Assembly: GCA_963674825.1 (NCBI GenBank)
Contig: OY771587.1
Location: forward strand, 3,648,001 to 3,712,000
Source: Candidatus Cloacimonadales bacterium
Lineage (GTDB): Bacteria > Cloacimonadota > Cloacimonadia > Cloacimonadales > JAIOQZ01
Direction of reading: 5' to 3'
DNA: 64,000 nucleotides
The stretch's first letter is position 1, and each line of letters starts with the position of its first letter. Under the pieces are notes generated by a model. The model ran no database searches and was not told where the DNA came from. It saw only the letters and a program-made list of their open reading frames with translations. Position numbers and translations under genes: made by a program. Positions 19,521 to 30,167 of the stretch are shown piece by piece.

Positions 19521-20423
19521 ATGATTTCAACATCAACCCGGATATTCGTTACTATCGGTACAATTTTGGTCATCGGATTTCTCATGCCGCTATTCGTACC
19601 GGAGGAAGCCGCTCAGGGAAACGCTCCCGGTGAGCCGATGCGCCTGGAAGCATCTGTATTCTTCTCCGAGTTTTCCGATCTCAGGAGCGATGAGGTCACT
19701 CTGGCAAACAAGTTTCGCATACTTATACCGTTCATTGTCGGCCTGCTGTTGATCCTCGCCGGATCGCTGATGTCGGGCGTGATACGTCCCATTGTGATAT
19801 TTCTGTCCGGAGCTGGGCTTTTTATCACGGGCTACGTGATCGAAGGTCACCCAACGCTGGAGATGGACATCCTTCATCGATTCACATTCTGGCTGGGGAT
19901 GCTCTCGCTTGCGATCATCTATGCTGCTAACCAAAGCAGCACGAAGCGTCGTCTCATTCCATGGATTGGGCTTGCCGGCGGTGTGATGTTCATTCTATAC
20001 ACCACTCTCCCCTATTTCAATGAAGTACAGCCCGGAATATCGATCTTCCGCATCCCTTATCAGATCATCGCCGAGCAAAGTACCGTATCGAAAATCTTCG
20101 GGTACGGGCTGATTCTGGTTATCGCCGGATGGGCTTTCTCTGCCGTTATGACAGGCCTGAATCTTCTTGATAAAGACCTTATGCAACCTTCCACAATTCG
20201 TCTGGTCATTCTGGCCGTATGGGGATGGTTGTTTATGCTTATGCTCTACGTGAATTATGTTCCGCTTATAGGCTCTCTAAGCAATATAGCGGAAGGCAAG
20301 CTGTTCATTATGGTATCGGTTGCATGGAACTTCATCAAGACAGCGATCATGATCTTCATGCCGTTCCTTACCCTTTCTCTGGGACTGGCAGAACTGTTCC
20401 AGATGAAAAGGTTTGACAAGTGA
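19521..20423 (+). CDS. Hypothetical multi-pass membrane protein
   Basis: About 8 hydrophobic segments. RBS GAGGT. Confidence 0.7.
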   Translation: MISTSTRIFVTIGTILVIGFLMPLFVPEEAAQGNAPGEPMRLEASVFFSEFSDLRSDEVTLANKFRILIPFIVGLLLILAGSLMSGVIRPIVIFLSGAGLFITGYVIEGHPTLEMDILHRFTFWLGMLSLAIIYAANQSSTKRRLIPWIGLAGGVMFILYTTLPYFNEVQPGISIFRIPYQIIAEQSTVSKIFGYGLILVIAGWAFSAVMTGLNLLDKDLMQPSTIRLVILAVWGWLFMLMLYVNYVPLIGSLSNIAEGKLFIMVSVAWNFIKTAIMIFMPFLTLSLGLAELFQMKRFDK

Positions 20424-20449
20424 CATTTGTCATGGGAATTTTTGCCGAT

Positions 20450-20980
20450 ATGAAACGACAAACACGATTTCTTGTATCGATAGGGGTTATCCTCGTCCTG
20501 CTTGCTACAAACGGGTGTCAACAGCCCATCCGTGACGAGGAGCAGCTTGCTGTTCGTCTCTTGAACGCACTGCACGATATCGATATCGAGAGCTTCCGTG
20601 AAACATTCCTCACAAAAAAAGACTATCATGAAGTCACGCTCCAAATGCGAAAGATTTCAGGACTCGAAGATGCCGAAGATGACGCGCTGATGAGGTCGTG
20701 GGAAGAATACCAGCTTCTGATCACGGAAATGTTCCGCAGTATTATCGATGAGGGTGTTCAAACGGGGATCCGGTGGTCAGAGGTCGAGATCATCGCAATT
20801 GTCCCTGGAAATGAAGTTGTTGAAAACTACATGCCTCCCACGATCAAGATGCTTGACGATGTAAGCATTCGTTTTAGAAGCGGTAGTTCAACATATCTGT
20901 TGCGATTTTATGACCCAGTCCGTATCAAGGACAGCTGGAAGATATCCAGTCACCTCTATCTCCTGCACAAGGAAGGTTGA
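20450..20980 (+). CDS. Hypothetical lipoprotein
   Basis: MKRQTRFLVSIGVILVLLATNGC lipoprotein-like signal. Alternative GTG start at 20420. Confidence 0.55.
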   Translation: MKRQTRFLVSIGVILVLLATNGCQQPIRDEEQLAVRLLNALHDIDIESFRETFLTKKDYHEVTLQMRKISGLEDAEDDALMRSWEEYQLLITEMFRSIIDEGVQTGIRWSEVEIIAIVPGNEVVENYMPPTIKMLDDVSIRFRSGSSTYLLRFYDPVRIKDSWKISSHLYLLHKEG

Positions 20981-20981
20981 T

Positions 20982-21509
20982 GTGAAATTTCTGATTAAAC
21001 TGATTATGCTCGGAGTCAGCGTTTTCTGGCTCCTCTGTCTTTTTATCGTTCCGATGTATCGGATCCAGGTAGATAATGGTTGGATGATGCTCAATCCATC
21101 AGGAGAATTCCCAGCAATGCAGCTGATCTTGTTTCTTACGGGAAGCCAGCCACCGCTTATTGATATGAGTGGCATGGCGATGGCTTCAGCGATTACCGCG
21201 ATCACGCTTCTTGTTGTTAATGGATTTTGGATTCTGAACCGCGCGATAGCATTTCTTCACTCTCCCATTTCCAGATTTTCGTTCTCCCACTACCTGATGA
21301 TTGCTATCATGCATATCGCGCAAACTTTATCGATACTCTGGCTCTTTTCCAGCCTCAATCGCGGCGGGATACAAACAAACCTGACACGAGATGGCTGGAT
21401 CGCCTGTATTATATCTTTAGCACTTATTTTCGTAATGTATCCGTTGAAAAGGAAAAAGGTCTCTCAACCAAAAGGAAATGAACAGGCCCAACATGATCTT
21501 GAAACGTAG
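20982..21509 (+). CDS. Hypothetical four-TM membrane protein
   Basis: GTG at 20982 after AAGGAAGG. Four hydrophobic segments. Confidence 0.55.
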   Translation: MKFLIKLIMLGVSVFWLLCLFIVPMYRIQVDNGWMMLNPSGEFPAMQLILFLTGSQPPLIDMSGMAMASAITAITLLVVNGFWILNRAIAFLHSPISRFSFSHYLMIAIMHIAQTLSILWLFSSLNRGGIQTNLTRDGWIACIISLALIFVMYPLKRKKVSQPKGNEQAQHDLET

Positions 21510-24500
21510 TATCACGCTCATCGTATTATTGTTTCTCTGCATCGTTCCCTTGTTCACGAGTCAAACTCCCGAAATTCGCATCATGGTGATCAATTCCTAT
21601 TATCCTGGCTATCAGCGATGCGACACCCTTGTGGGCGGAATCAAGCAATGGTATCAGGAAAGCCCCGAAACCAGCATCTTCTGCGAATATCTTGACTGGT
21701 TTCATTTCAACCGGGCGGACGTGGAAAAGCAGCAGGCAGAGCTTCTCTATACACGCCACCATGCAATTAAATATTCTTCGATTATCGTATGCGACAGCAA
21801 CGCATTCGACTTTGTAACAAACTATCGCGACCGCATCTTCCCCAATACTCCCGTAATCTATTGCGGTTCGCATTCTGTTCAAGATACTGAAAACCCTGAC
21901 TTCCACGCAATCGAGATCAAGGATGCCGTCGAATCAATGATCACCTGGTCAGCGAAATGGAAACCGCAAGCAACCAGCTATATGGTCATATCCGATCAGA
22001 CGACCGCTGGCGACACAGAACTCGTAACGGTTCGCAAATTGATTGCAAAGTATCTTGTAAACCATGACTATCGCGAATATATTGGCGCAACACCTGACGA
22101 ACTGATCGACGCCCTCAATCTATATGGTCAGGATGCGATAGTCCTTGCCCTCAACTACCAGTATGATCGTTCAGGAAATCGGATTTCACCTGAAGACCTG
22201 AAACGAATCCGAACATTATCAAACGTTCCAATATTCACGACTCAGCAATATTTAATCGGAACGCTTGCTATTGGCGGATATATCGAGGACGCCGCTGAGA
22301 TCGGCAAGGCTGCGGCGAAGAAAGCCAGCCATGTTATCTACGGATATTCCGCGGAGAAAATAGAGCCGGTCGAAGCCAAGCCCATATTTGTCTCCGATTT
22401 GTTGGAAACATACGATCTATCGAGAATCGACCTTCCCGCACATGTCGAGCTTATCAAGCATCAAGAAACCATGCTCGACTTCTATCGCGATTACGCCAGT
22501 GTATCGCTCTACCTTTTCATCATAATGCTTATAGCGCTGATCGGAACAATTCTGCTGCTTTTCAGCCGCAGAAGAAACATGCTTATCCTGTCCGATAAGG
22601 AGCGTCAGCTCAAGCTTGTTCTGAACAGCTCCCAAATCAGGCTTTATCGCTGGATTCGCAGCGAAGACGCTCTTGTTTTCGACGATCCGTCCGTTCGTAG
22701 AATCATCGTTGATTCATCCATCCGGGTCTTCAAGAAACAGCATTGGAAGACAGTTCTCGACGCTGACAGCTATAAAGAAGTCATGCACCAATACGATTTG
22801 ATGGAAATCCGCGAAATCGACAGCTTCGACATCGAAGTCAGACTCAAAGTAACCAAGGGTAATTTCGAGTGGTTTCGACTGGTGGCCAAAGTTACCGATG
22901 TCGATCGACACGGCAACGTGCTGCAGGTACACGGTCTCATTATGAACATAAATGCTCGAAAGAACTCTCAGGAAGAGCTCAGCCAGGCACATGCCATGAT
23001 CGAGACAGCAATTGAGCAATCACCGGCGGGAATCATCATGGCGCAAGGCAAGGACGTAAAAATTACGACGGTTAACAGCGCCGCAGCGAAGATTCGCGGC
23101 CTGGCTCCCAGCGAATTATCCGAGATTCCACTTGAAGAGCATTTCATGAAGTGGCAAGTCTATCATGAAGATGGATCACCGTGCAAGCCTGAAGATCTCC
23201 CCCTTAGCCGCGCCATGCTAACAGGCCACACCACCAATAACATGAACTTGATTATCCGAGATATAAATGGATTCGATCACTGGATTATGGTCAATGCGAC
23301 GCCAATCAGGAACTCCTTTGGAGAAATCTCGGCTGCGGTCGCGATCTTCCTGGATGTCACGGAAATCCGCCAGTATCAACAAAAGCTTTCCGAGAATGAA
23401 GAGCGATACCACATGATCTTCGATAACAGCCCACTAGGTATCTTCCACTACAATACAAAGGGTACCATCATCGAAGTGAATGAGAAGATCGCGGAATTCT
23501 TTGACCTGGAAAAAGAGGATCTTGTTGGTCAGAACATGCTGACTATTTCTCAGGATGAGACTGTTCTCGAGTCGATACGCGCATCTCTCAGCGGGAAAGC
23601 AGGCTATTTCGAAGGCGATTATCAGACAATCCTGAAAAATGTGCGCATCCCGATCCGGGTATTTTTCAGTCCGATATTCGATCCCGACGGTAACCAGGTG
23701 GGCGGTCTCGGTATCGCGGAGGATATGAGCGATTGGCGACGCGCGGAGCAAGCGCTGGTACAGAGTGAAGAGAAGTTCCGCATTCTCTCGGAAAAATCAA
23801 TAGCAGGTATCAATATCTCGCAAGACGGCGTGTTCAAGTATGTGAATCCCCGCATGACCGAGCTCTTCGGCTACACTGAGGAAGAGATGCTCGATATGCC
23901 GATCCACAAGATCATCTTCCCGGATGACATGGATCATGTACGTCAAAATATCCTCCGACGTATGCATGGCGATACAGATACAGTCGTTTATGAGTTCCGC
24001 GGAGTGAAAAAGAGCGGAGAGATCATTCACATCCAAACATTCGGATCAGTAATCAACTTCCGCGGCCAGTTAGCGGCTTTCGGTACGCTCATCGATATCA
24101 CGGAACGAAAACGCGGCGAAGTGGAGAGAATCCGGCTCGAAAAGGCGATCGATCAGACATCGGAAGCGATATTTATTACCGATACCTATGGAACAATCCA
24201 GTATGTGAATCCAGCCTTTGAAAAGCTCAACGGCTATATGCGCTATGAGGTAATTGGACGCAACGCGGACATCCTCAAGGGCGATGACGATGAAAATCCT
24301 GATTATCATGAGCTCTGGGATACGCTCCGAAACAGCGAAACCTGGCGCGGAACGCTCAGCAACAGGCGCAAGAACGGGACGAACTACCACGCGGAAGCCA
24401 CATTCTCACCCATTCGAGACAACAATGGCCTTATCAGCCAGTTTATCATCGTACTTAAGGACGTCACCGACCGTGTTCGCATCGAGAAGCAGCTACGTCA

Positions 24501-25629
24501 ATCGCAAAAGATGGAAGCGATCGGAACACTCGCCGGTGGTATCGCGCACGATTTCAACAACATCCTCGGCGCGATCCTGGGGTACACAGAGCTAGTCATC
24601 GATGACTCGTTACAACACTCCAGAATCCATAAAAACATGCTGGAAGTGATGTCTGCTGCGACCCGTGCTAAAGAACTCGTCGCGCAAATTCTTGCATTCA
24701 GCAGACAAAAAGAACAGGAAAAGAAGCCTGTCAACGTACTGCACATCGTGAAAGAGGTGCTGCGACTGCTGCGTTCTTCAACACCAAGTACAATCGAGCT
24801 CAAACGATCGTTCGACGCAACATCTCCGATCGTCATGGCAGATCCCACTCAAATACATCAGGTTGTGATGAACCTCTGCACCAACGCCTCGCAAGCTATG
24901 CTGGAAAGAGGCGGTATCCTGGATATACGCGTAAGCGAACTGGAGTTTGCCGAACCTTTCTTCGCCCGTACCGAGCTCAAACCGGGACGTTATGTGTGCC
25001 TGGCGGTCGGCGATACCGGTAGCGGCATCCCGCAGGAGATCGTAGAGCGTATCTTCGAACCGTATTTTACTACTAAAAAGCAAGAAGGCGGAACCGGCCT
25101 GGGCCTCGCCATTGTTCACGGTATCGTGCGCAATCTCGAAGGAGACATTGTTGTAACCAGCGAGGAGAGCATCGGCACAGAATTTGTGGTCTATCTACCT
25201 TTGATCGAGCAGAAATCTACTGTTTCCGAACCGACGAACGAACCGCTTCCACATGGCAAGGAAACGATAATCTTCGTCGATGACGAGGACATGCTCATCG
25301 ATTTTGCACAACAGGCGTTCGAGCGGCTTGGGTACGATATCCACACATTCAAGGATCCACGTGAAGCGCTCAAGTATTACAACCGAAACAAAGACCGCAT
25401 CGATTTGATCATCACCGACCAGACCATGCCCAAGATGACAGGCGCTCAACTGGCAACGGCTGTTCTGCACGAAAACCCGGAGATGCCGATTATCCTGTGT
25501 ACGGGCTACAGTGAAACGATTTCCAAGGAACGCGCTCTTCAGATGGGTATCCGTGAGTACGTCATGAAGCCCTTGATTATGAAGGAAATGGCCTTTATCG
25601 TTCGTGGAATTCTGGACGATATTTCCTGA
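21478..25629 (+). CDS. Hybrid sensor histidine kinase (periplasmic binding-protein-like sensor, TM, ~5 PAS, HisKA, HATPase, REC)
   Basis: [20 protein letters not shown]-box, NLCTNA N-box, [19 protein letters not shown]. Receiver FVDDE...DQTMP...KP. Confidence 0.92.
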   Translation: MNRPNMILKRSITLIVLLFLCIVPLFTSQTPEIRIMVINSYYPGYQRCDTLVGGIKQWYQESPETSIFCEYLDWFHFNRADVEKQQAELLYTRHHAIKYSSIIVCDSNAFDFVTNYRDRIFPNTPVIYCGSHSVQDTENPDFHAIEIKDAVESMITWSAKWKPQATSYMVISDQTTAGDTELVTVRKLIAKYLVNHDYREYIGATPDELIDALNLYGQDAIVLALNYQYDRSGNRISPEDLKRIRTLSNVPIFTTQQYLIGTLAIGGYIEDAAEIGKAAAKKASHVIYGYSAEKIEPVEAKPIFVSDLLETYDLSRIDLPAHVELIKHQETMLDFYRDYASVSLYLFIIMLIALIGTILLLFSRRRNMLILSDKERQLKLVLNSSQIRLYRWIRSEDALVFDDPSVRRIIVDSSIRVFKKQHWKTVLDADSYKEVMHQYDLMEIREIDSFDIEVRLKVTKGNFEWFRLVAKVTDVDRHGNVLQVHGLIMNINARKNSQEELSQAHAMIETAIEQSPAGIIMAQGKDVKITTVNSAAAKIRGLAPSELSEIPLEEHFMKWQVYHEDGSPCKPEDLPLSRAMLTGHTTNNMNLIIRDINGFDHWIMVNATPIRNSFGEISAAVAIFLDVTEIRQYQQKLSENEERYHMIFDNSPLGIFHYNTKGTIIEVNEKIAEFFDLEKEDLVGQNMLTISQDETVLESIRASLSGKAGYFEGDYQTILKNVRIPIRVFFSPIFDPDGNQVGGLGIAEDMSDWRRAEQALVQSEEKFRILSEKSIAGINISQDGVFKYVNPRMTELFGYTEEEMLDMPIHKIIFPDDMDHVRQNILRRMHGDTDTVVYEFRGVKKSGEIIHIQTFGSVINFRGQLAAFGTLIDITERKRGEVERIRLEKAIDQTSEAIFITDTYGTIQYVNPAFEKLNGYMRYEVIGRNADILKGDDDENPDYHELWDTLRNSETWRGTLSNRRKNGTNYHAEATFSPIRDNNGLISQFIIVLKDVTDRVRIEKQLRQSQKMEAIGTLAGGIAHDFNNILGAILGYTELVIDDSLQHSRIHKNMLEVMSAATRAKELVAQILAFSRQKEQEKKPVNVLHIVKEVLRLLRSSTPSTIELKRSFDATSPIVMADPTQIHQVVMNLCTNASQAMLERGGILDIRVSELEFAEPFFARTELKPGRYVCLAVGDTGSGIPQEIVERIFEPYFTTKKQEGGTGLGLAIVHGIVRNLEGDIVVTSEESIGTEFVVYLPLIEQKSTVSEPTNEPLPHGKETIIFVDDEDMLIDFAQQAFERLGYDIHTFKDPREALKYYNRNKDRIDLIITDQTMPKMTGAQLATAVLHENPEMPIILCTGYSETISKERALQMGIREYVMKPLIMKEMAFIVRGILDDIS

Positions 25630-25704
25630 TCGCAGAAACACCTTGACATATTTCATCCGTACGCGCTTTTCTTAACCAATTATAAGCCATAATTGGAGGG
25701 CAAC

Positions 25705-26928
25705 ATGCGTAGACTATTTTGTATACCCGTGATTCTCATCGTCATTATACTTGCAGCATGCAGCGACAGCGATGGCGGTATCGCATCTCCACCGGATGTT
25801 CCATATATCCAGTTGTTCGTCTTGATGGATAGCGTCGTGGTCGATTCATTCTACGTGACGGAAGGCTACGATGGAACGGTTATTCCTGTATATGACGGGC
25901 CAGATCGTATTGGCGGTATCGAGATCAATTTACGGGAATTTATATATGATTATCCGGGTGCAGAACCGCAAATGATGTTCAATGCCCTGGCCAGGAAAGA
26001 CGGTTGTTATGCAAGTTTCGCATCCACAAACGAATATAGCACGATATCGTTCGATTACACGACAGGATTCAAGCCAATCAATCCGGAAATGAATTGCGGC
26101 GTTGTTCTGGCCGTCACGGAAGATACCGGCGATTATTACAGTGTTATAAGCTACGATATTATCAATGTGTGGAGCGGAAGCGATTCCATCGGAACAATTC
26201 AAGTCGATGATCGAGGAAGATTCGAGACGGATATTCCTGCAGGAAATTACACGATAACCGATGACGAATGGATTTATATGTACGGATTTGATGATACTGA
26301 GTTCAATTTGGTCAGCGGATATGCAGAATACAAAATCGCGGCTTATGAGACCTTTGCCGATAAACCCAACATATACCTCTACCCCACCGAGACAACGACG
26401 CTCGATGTGAGTATCGATTTCCCGCACGGTGGATTCGTGGTGGCTTCCGATCCGCAGTACCCGGATCTGTGGCAAGATATAACCGTCGAGCCCAATGGCA
26501 GGATCAACGACAGCTTCGATTATCTTTTCTACGAAGCTTCGATCCTCGCATTTTCGCAGCAAACCTGCGGTTGGGTCGTACCTCGAGAGGATCTCGAAAC
26601 CTTCTTCACCGACAATCTGCGTGAGACCGGATTCAGCCAGTCCGAGATCGACGACTTCAATGAATGGTGGATTCCCCTGCTCTCCGATTCCGAATATTAT
26701 GCAATTTATCCGCAATACAACGATCGGATCGATCCGGTTATCGCGCTGGAATTCTCAAAGCAACCGGATTCTGTAATCCGTCTCTTTTACTACGTAGATG
26801 CCATCGATTCACCGGACATCAAGCTCGAAAAGCCTGTCATTCCTTTTATCGAGCAGAATGGATTCGTTGTAAGAGAATGGGGTGTTATACCTTCCAGAGC
26901 AACAAAGGCACAGATCGCTGAGGAATAG
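25705..26928 (+). CDS. Lipoprotein with conserved uncharacterised C-terminal KP(N/V)IYLYP...EWG domain
   Basis: Lipobox LAAC. KPNIYLYP, DYLFYE, FNEWWIP, VVREWG. RBS GGAGG. Confidence 0.7.
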   Translation: MRRLFCIPVILIVIILAACSDSDGGIASPPDVPYIQLFVLMDSVVVDSFYVTEGYDGTVIPVYDGPDRIGGIEINLREFIYDYPGAEPQMMFNALARKDGCYASFASTNEYSTISFDYTTGFKPINPEMNCGVVLAVTEDTGDYYSVISYDIINVWSGSDSIGTIQVDDRGRFETDIPAGNYTITDDEWIYMYGFDDTEFNLVSGYAEYKIAAYETFADKPNIYLYPTETTTLDVSIDFPHGGFVVASDPQYPDLWQDITVEPNGRINDSFDYLFYEASILAFSQQTCGWVVPREDLETFFTDNLRETGFSQSEIDDFNEWWIPLLSDSEYYAIYPQYNDRIDPVIALEFSKQPDSVIRLFYYVDAIDSPDIKLEKPVIPFIEQNGFVVREWGVIPSRATKAQIAEE

Positions 26929-26998
26929 CTTGACGCTATCAATCAATATCGTATGCTTTTACATCGCTAAAAAAAAACGATATTGAGGTTGATGCTCC

Positions 26999-27382
26999 AT
27001 GAAAAACTATGGTTATGACCGCCGTGGCGAACGTCGGCGCGGTCCCGATGTCTGGTTTAAAATGATCTCCTGGCTTAGCTTCATCGGTTGGCTTCTGATG
27101 CTTATCGCACTGGTATTGTTCGACCTGGCTAAACCACAGATGATGACATTCTTCGATCGATTCTTTCACGTATCGTTCGCATCAGTATGGAATTACCAGC
27201 TTACATTATACATCTTCTTCGTGATGATTGCCGGCTTTTTCCTGAGCCTGATAGGCTTGACCATAAACGCAAAGCGGCACCGCAGGAAAAAGGACAAGTA
27301 TAGCTTATCGCTTATTTTGCTAGGAATTGTGTCGTTTATGGGCGCTGCGTTTTACCTGATTCGGTTCTGGCGCCAGTATTAA
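26999..27382 (+). CDS. Hypothetical three-TM membrane protein
   Basis: Three hydrophobic segments. TTGACG-16-TATGCT and GAGGT upstream. Confidence 0.7.
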   Translation: MKNYGYDRRGERRRGPDVWFKMISWLSFIGWLLMLIALVLFDLAKPQMMTFFDRFFHVSFASVWNYQLTLYIFFVMIAGFFLSLIGLTINAKRHRRKKDKYSLSLILLGIVSFMGAAFYLIRFWRQY

Positions 27383-27383
27383 A

Positions 27384-27767
27384 TTATTCTTCGATGCGGT
27401 GATAGGTTGTAATTGTCTCGTCTCCCTCGATGATATTCCCATCTGCGTCGCGGGTTTCAATGCGCGTAAGTTCGACATCATTGATGCTGGTAAAATGGAC
27501 CTTCTCGCGCGTAGCGATACCCAATGTAGTCCGAACAAGGATATTGGGTGATTCGATCGACCATGTTCCGGCTTCTTCACCATTGACCGTGATAATTTTA
27601 CCATCTGCGGTGAATTCCAGAATGCTCTCGAGGCCGCCGACCTCTTTCCATGTTCCAGTAAGGCGTTCGGCAATACGGGTTGCCGGATCGGTTTTCTTTT
27701 GTTTCTGACCACATGCAGCCAGAACGATCATCAAGATTGTCAGAGAAACGAGAATTCCTTTTTGCAT
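27384..27767 (-). CDS. Lipocalin-like lipoprotein
   Basis: Lipobox LAAC. LTGTW...LEFTADG...GTWSI pattern. Confidence 0.6.
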   Translation of the reverse strand: MQKGILVSLTILMIVLAACGQKQKKTDPATRIAERLTGTWKEVGGLESILEFTADGKIITVNGEEAGTWSIESPNILVRTTLGIATREKVHFTSINDVELTRIETRDADGNIIEGDETITTYHRIEE

Positions 27768-27858
27768 AGTTTTTACATCCTTCCTGCGGAACTTTTGTCA
27801 TCTCGAAAATCATTGTCAATGAAAATCAGCGTCAATCCTCGATTTTCCATTTACTGTA

Positions 27859-28620
27859 TTAAGCTATTACAATCCCCACCGGACAGTGATCCGAGCCCAT
27901 CACATCCTGACGAATGTAAACGTCTTTCACCTGCGGCATGAATCCTGAATTCACGAAGAAGTAATCAATGCGCCAGCCTGTATTCCGTGCTCTGGCATTC
28001 CCGATGTACGACCACCATGAATATTCTTTCGGCTCCTGGTTGAACGCACGGAATGTATCCACGTATCCGTGCTCAACAAGCTTGTCCATCCACGCCCGTT
28101 CAATGGGTAAAAATCCCGAGACCTCTTCATTAGCCTTCGGACGCGCCAGATCGATTGGTTTATGCGCGGTGTTGTAATCACCGCAAACCACGACGTTTTT
28201 ACCGGCTGCTACAGCTTCGTCCATCACCTCGAGAAAGCGATCGTAGAAATCGAGCTTGTATTGCAGGCGGTCATCATTCATCTTGCCGTTAGGGAAATAG
28301 ACGTTGAACAACGTGAAATTCTTATAATCGGCTCTGACAACGCGACCTTCGCGATCAAAACGTTCCTCGCCGATCGTATGCGATACAGAAAGCGGCTCTT
28401 CACGCGTCAGAATGCATGTCCCCGAATAGCCTTTCTTCTCGGCGTGACTCCAGTAGGCGTTGTAGCCATCGAGTTCCTTGATCTCCCCGGGAATCTGTGC
28501 CTCTTGCAGCTTGGTCTCTTGCAGGCAGAGTATATCGGGCTTTTCCTGCTCTATAAATTCGAGAAAGCCCTTTTTCATTACGGCTCGCAGCCCGTTTACA
28601 TTCCATGACATCACATTCAT
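27859..28620 (-). CDS. xth: Exodeoxyribonuclease III
   Basis: SWNVNGLRA, LQETK, GYSG, YFPNG, GDYN, WRIDY, SDHCP. Confidence 0.95.
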   Translation of the reverse strand: MNVMSWNVNGLRAVMKKGFLEFIEQEKPDILCLQETKLQEAQIPGEIKELDGYNAYWSHAEKKGYSGTCILTREEPLSVSHTIGEERFDREGRVVRADYKNFTLFNVYFPNGKMNDDRLQYKLDFYDRFLEVMDEAVAAGKNVVVCGDYNTAHKPIDLARPKANEEVSGFLPIERAWMDKLVEHGYVDTFRAFNQEPKEYSWWSYIGNARARNTGWRIDYFFVNSGFMPQVKDVYIRQDVMGSDHCPVGIVIA

Positions 28621-29282
28621 TTTGCTTCCTCACGTGGGTATTTGGTTTTCACGCCGATGCGAGGGCACTCATTCCATATCGGACAGCGGTCGCAGCGCGG
28701 GTTGATCGGCTTGCAGAGGTTTTGCCCGAAAGCGACGAAAAAGGAGTTGAACTCCAGCCAATATTTCACGGGCATCTTCTTACGCAGCGCCATCTCGGTG
28801 TCGAGCGGTGTCTTGGTTTTCACGTAGCCCAGACGATTCATGATGCGATGCACATGCACATCAACGCACACTGCCGGTTTGTGGAAGCCAATAGCCAGCA
28901 CCAGATTGGCTGTCTTGCGCCCAACGCCAGGCAACTTCACCAGTTCCTCGATGGTATCGGGGACCTTCGAATTGAAATCCTCGATCAGCATTTTGGCCAG
29001 TCCTTCCAGGTGCTTCGCCTTGTTGTGGTAAAATCCGGCCGGGAAGATCAGCTCTTCGATCTCGAGCACACTCAATCGGGCAAGATCCTCGGGCGTATTA
29101 ACCACCGCGAAGAGTTTTTTCGTCACCTGCGTGGTGGTCTCGTCCTTGGTTCGAGCGCTGAGCAGCGTCCCGACCAGCACCTTGAACGGATCGCGGGTTT
29201 GGGCTTCGATCAGATCGATGACCGGCGCTTTGACCGTCTGAAAATGCTTCTGTAACTCGCTGAAAACGTTGTCGAAATTCAT
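28617..29282 (-). CDS. nth: Endonuclease III
   Basis: LSARTKD, LPGVGRKTAN, VDVHVHR and CKPINPRCDRCPIWNEC [4Fe-4S] motif. Confidence 0.93.
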   Translation of the reverse strand: MNFDNVFSELQKHFQTVKAPVIDLIEAQTRDPFKVLVGTLLSARTKDETTTQVTKKLFAVVNTPEDLARLSVLEIEELIFPAGFYHNKAKHLEGLAKMLIEDFNSKVPDTIEELVKLPGVGRKTANLVLAIGFHKPAVCVDVHVHRIMNRLGYVKTKTPLDTEMALRKKMPVKYWLEFNSFFVAFGQNLCKPINPRCDRCPIWNECPRIGVKTKYPREEAK

Positions 29283-30068
29283 TTATCTCCCCGGTGTGTA
29301 TTCCACCAATTCGAGTTTCATCCGGCTTTCATACTTTCCGATCAGGTCTCCTTCATCGTCGACAATGTCGTTTGGACCGAAATCGAACCAGGCGTAGACG
29401 ATTCCCTTGGAGGAATAGTAATAGTCGTATGTGTATGAGACTCCGTCCGGATCCAACACAATATGCTTGTGAATGCATTTCTGAGATCCGATCGCGCTTT
29501 CGATCGTTTCATATCCGATGATTTCGTGCACAGATTGCAGGTAGTCCATATTCGGCATATAGGTCCAGGTCATGCCTTCGGTAGCTGGTTTCGGCAGGAT
29601 CATATTGGCGTTCGAATCCGGCAGATCGATGTACCATTCCAGGTCGCCATAATCTCCAGGAGCTATGATATCCCGTGAGTTGATGGGCTTTTTCGGCGCT
29701 GCGAACACAATTATAAAGCCGGTACCTTCCGTACCGAACATACGCAATCCACCATCAACTTCGGCAAGGTAATCCGAATAGACCCTATCGGAATCGAGGT
29801 CGCTCCACGAATTGAAACGGGTTGTCATCACGCCATTGGGCGCTTCCACAAGCGAATCCGCCGATAAATGCGCGTAAAAAGAGACAGTATCCACCGTTCC
29901 CGTAGCGTAATCGAGTTCGGTCAGCGTCACTTTGTATGTCCACGAATCGCCGAGATTCAGCGGAAAGTAAATGCTGCTTTTTCCGCTACTTGATGAATCG
30001 CTACAGCTTGTCAGCATGACAAATAATATCAGGAGAAGTCCTGCGATCGCAATGATGCTCTTTTTCAT
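29283..30068 (-). CDS. Hypothetical lipoprotein
   Basis: MKKSII...LTSC lipobox. YFPLNLGDSWTY motif. RBS AAAAGGAG. Confidence 0.7.
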   Translation of the reverse strand: MKKSIIAIAGLLLILFVMLTSCSDSSSSGKSSIYFPLNLGDSWTYKVTLTELDYATGTVDTVSFYAHLSADSLVEAPNGVMTTRFNSWSDLDSDRVYSDYLAEVDGGLRMFGTEGTGFIIVFAAPKKPINSRDIIAPGDYGDLEWYIDLPDSNANMILPKPATEGMTWTYMPNMDYLQSVHEIIGYETIESAIGSQKCIHKHIVLDPDGVSYTYDYYYSSKGIVYAWFDFGPNDIVDDEGDLIGKYESRMKLELVEYTPGR

Positions 30069-30167
30069 GAGTCTCCTTTTCGCTTGGATGTTCCTCCTGA
30101 GGCCGAGAATAAATTTTGCATATATGAATGTCATTTTATCATAAAGTGGAGTTTGTGTAAAGGAATC

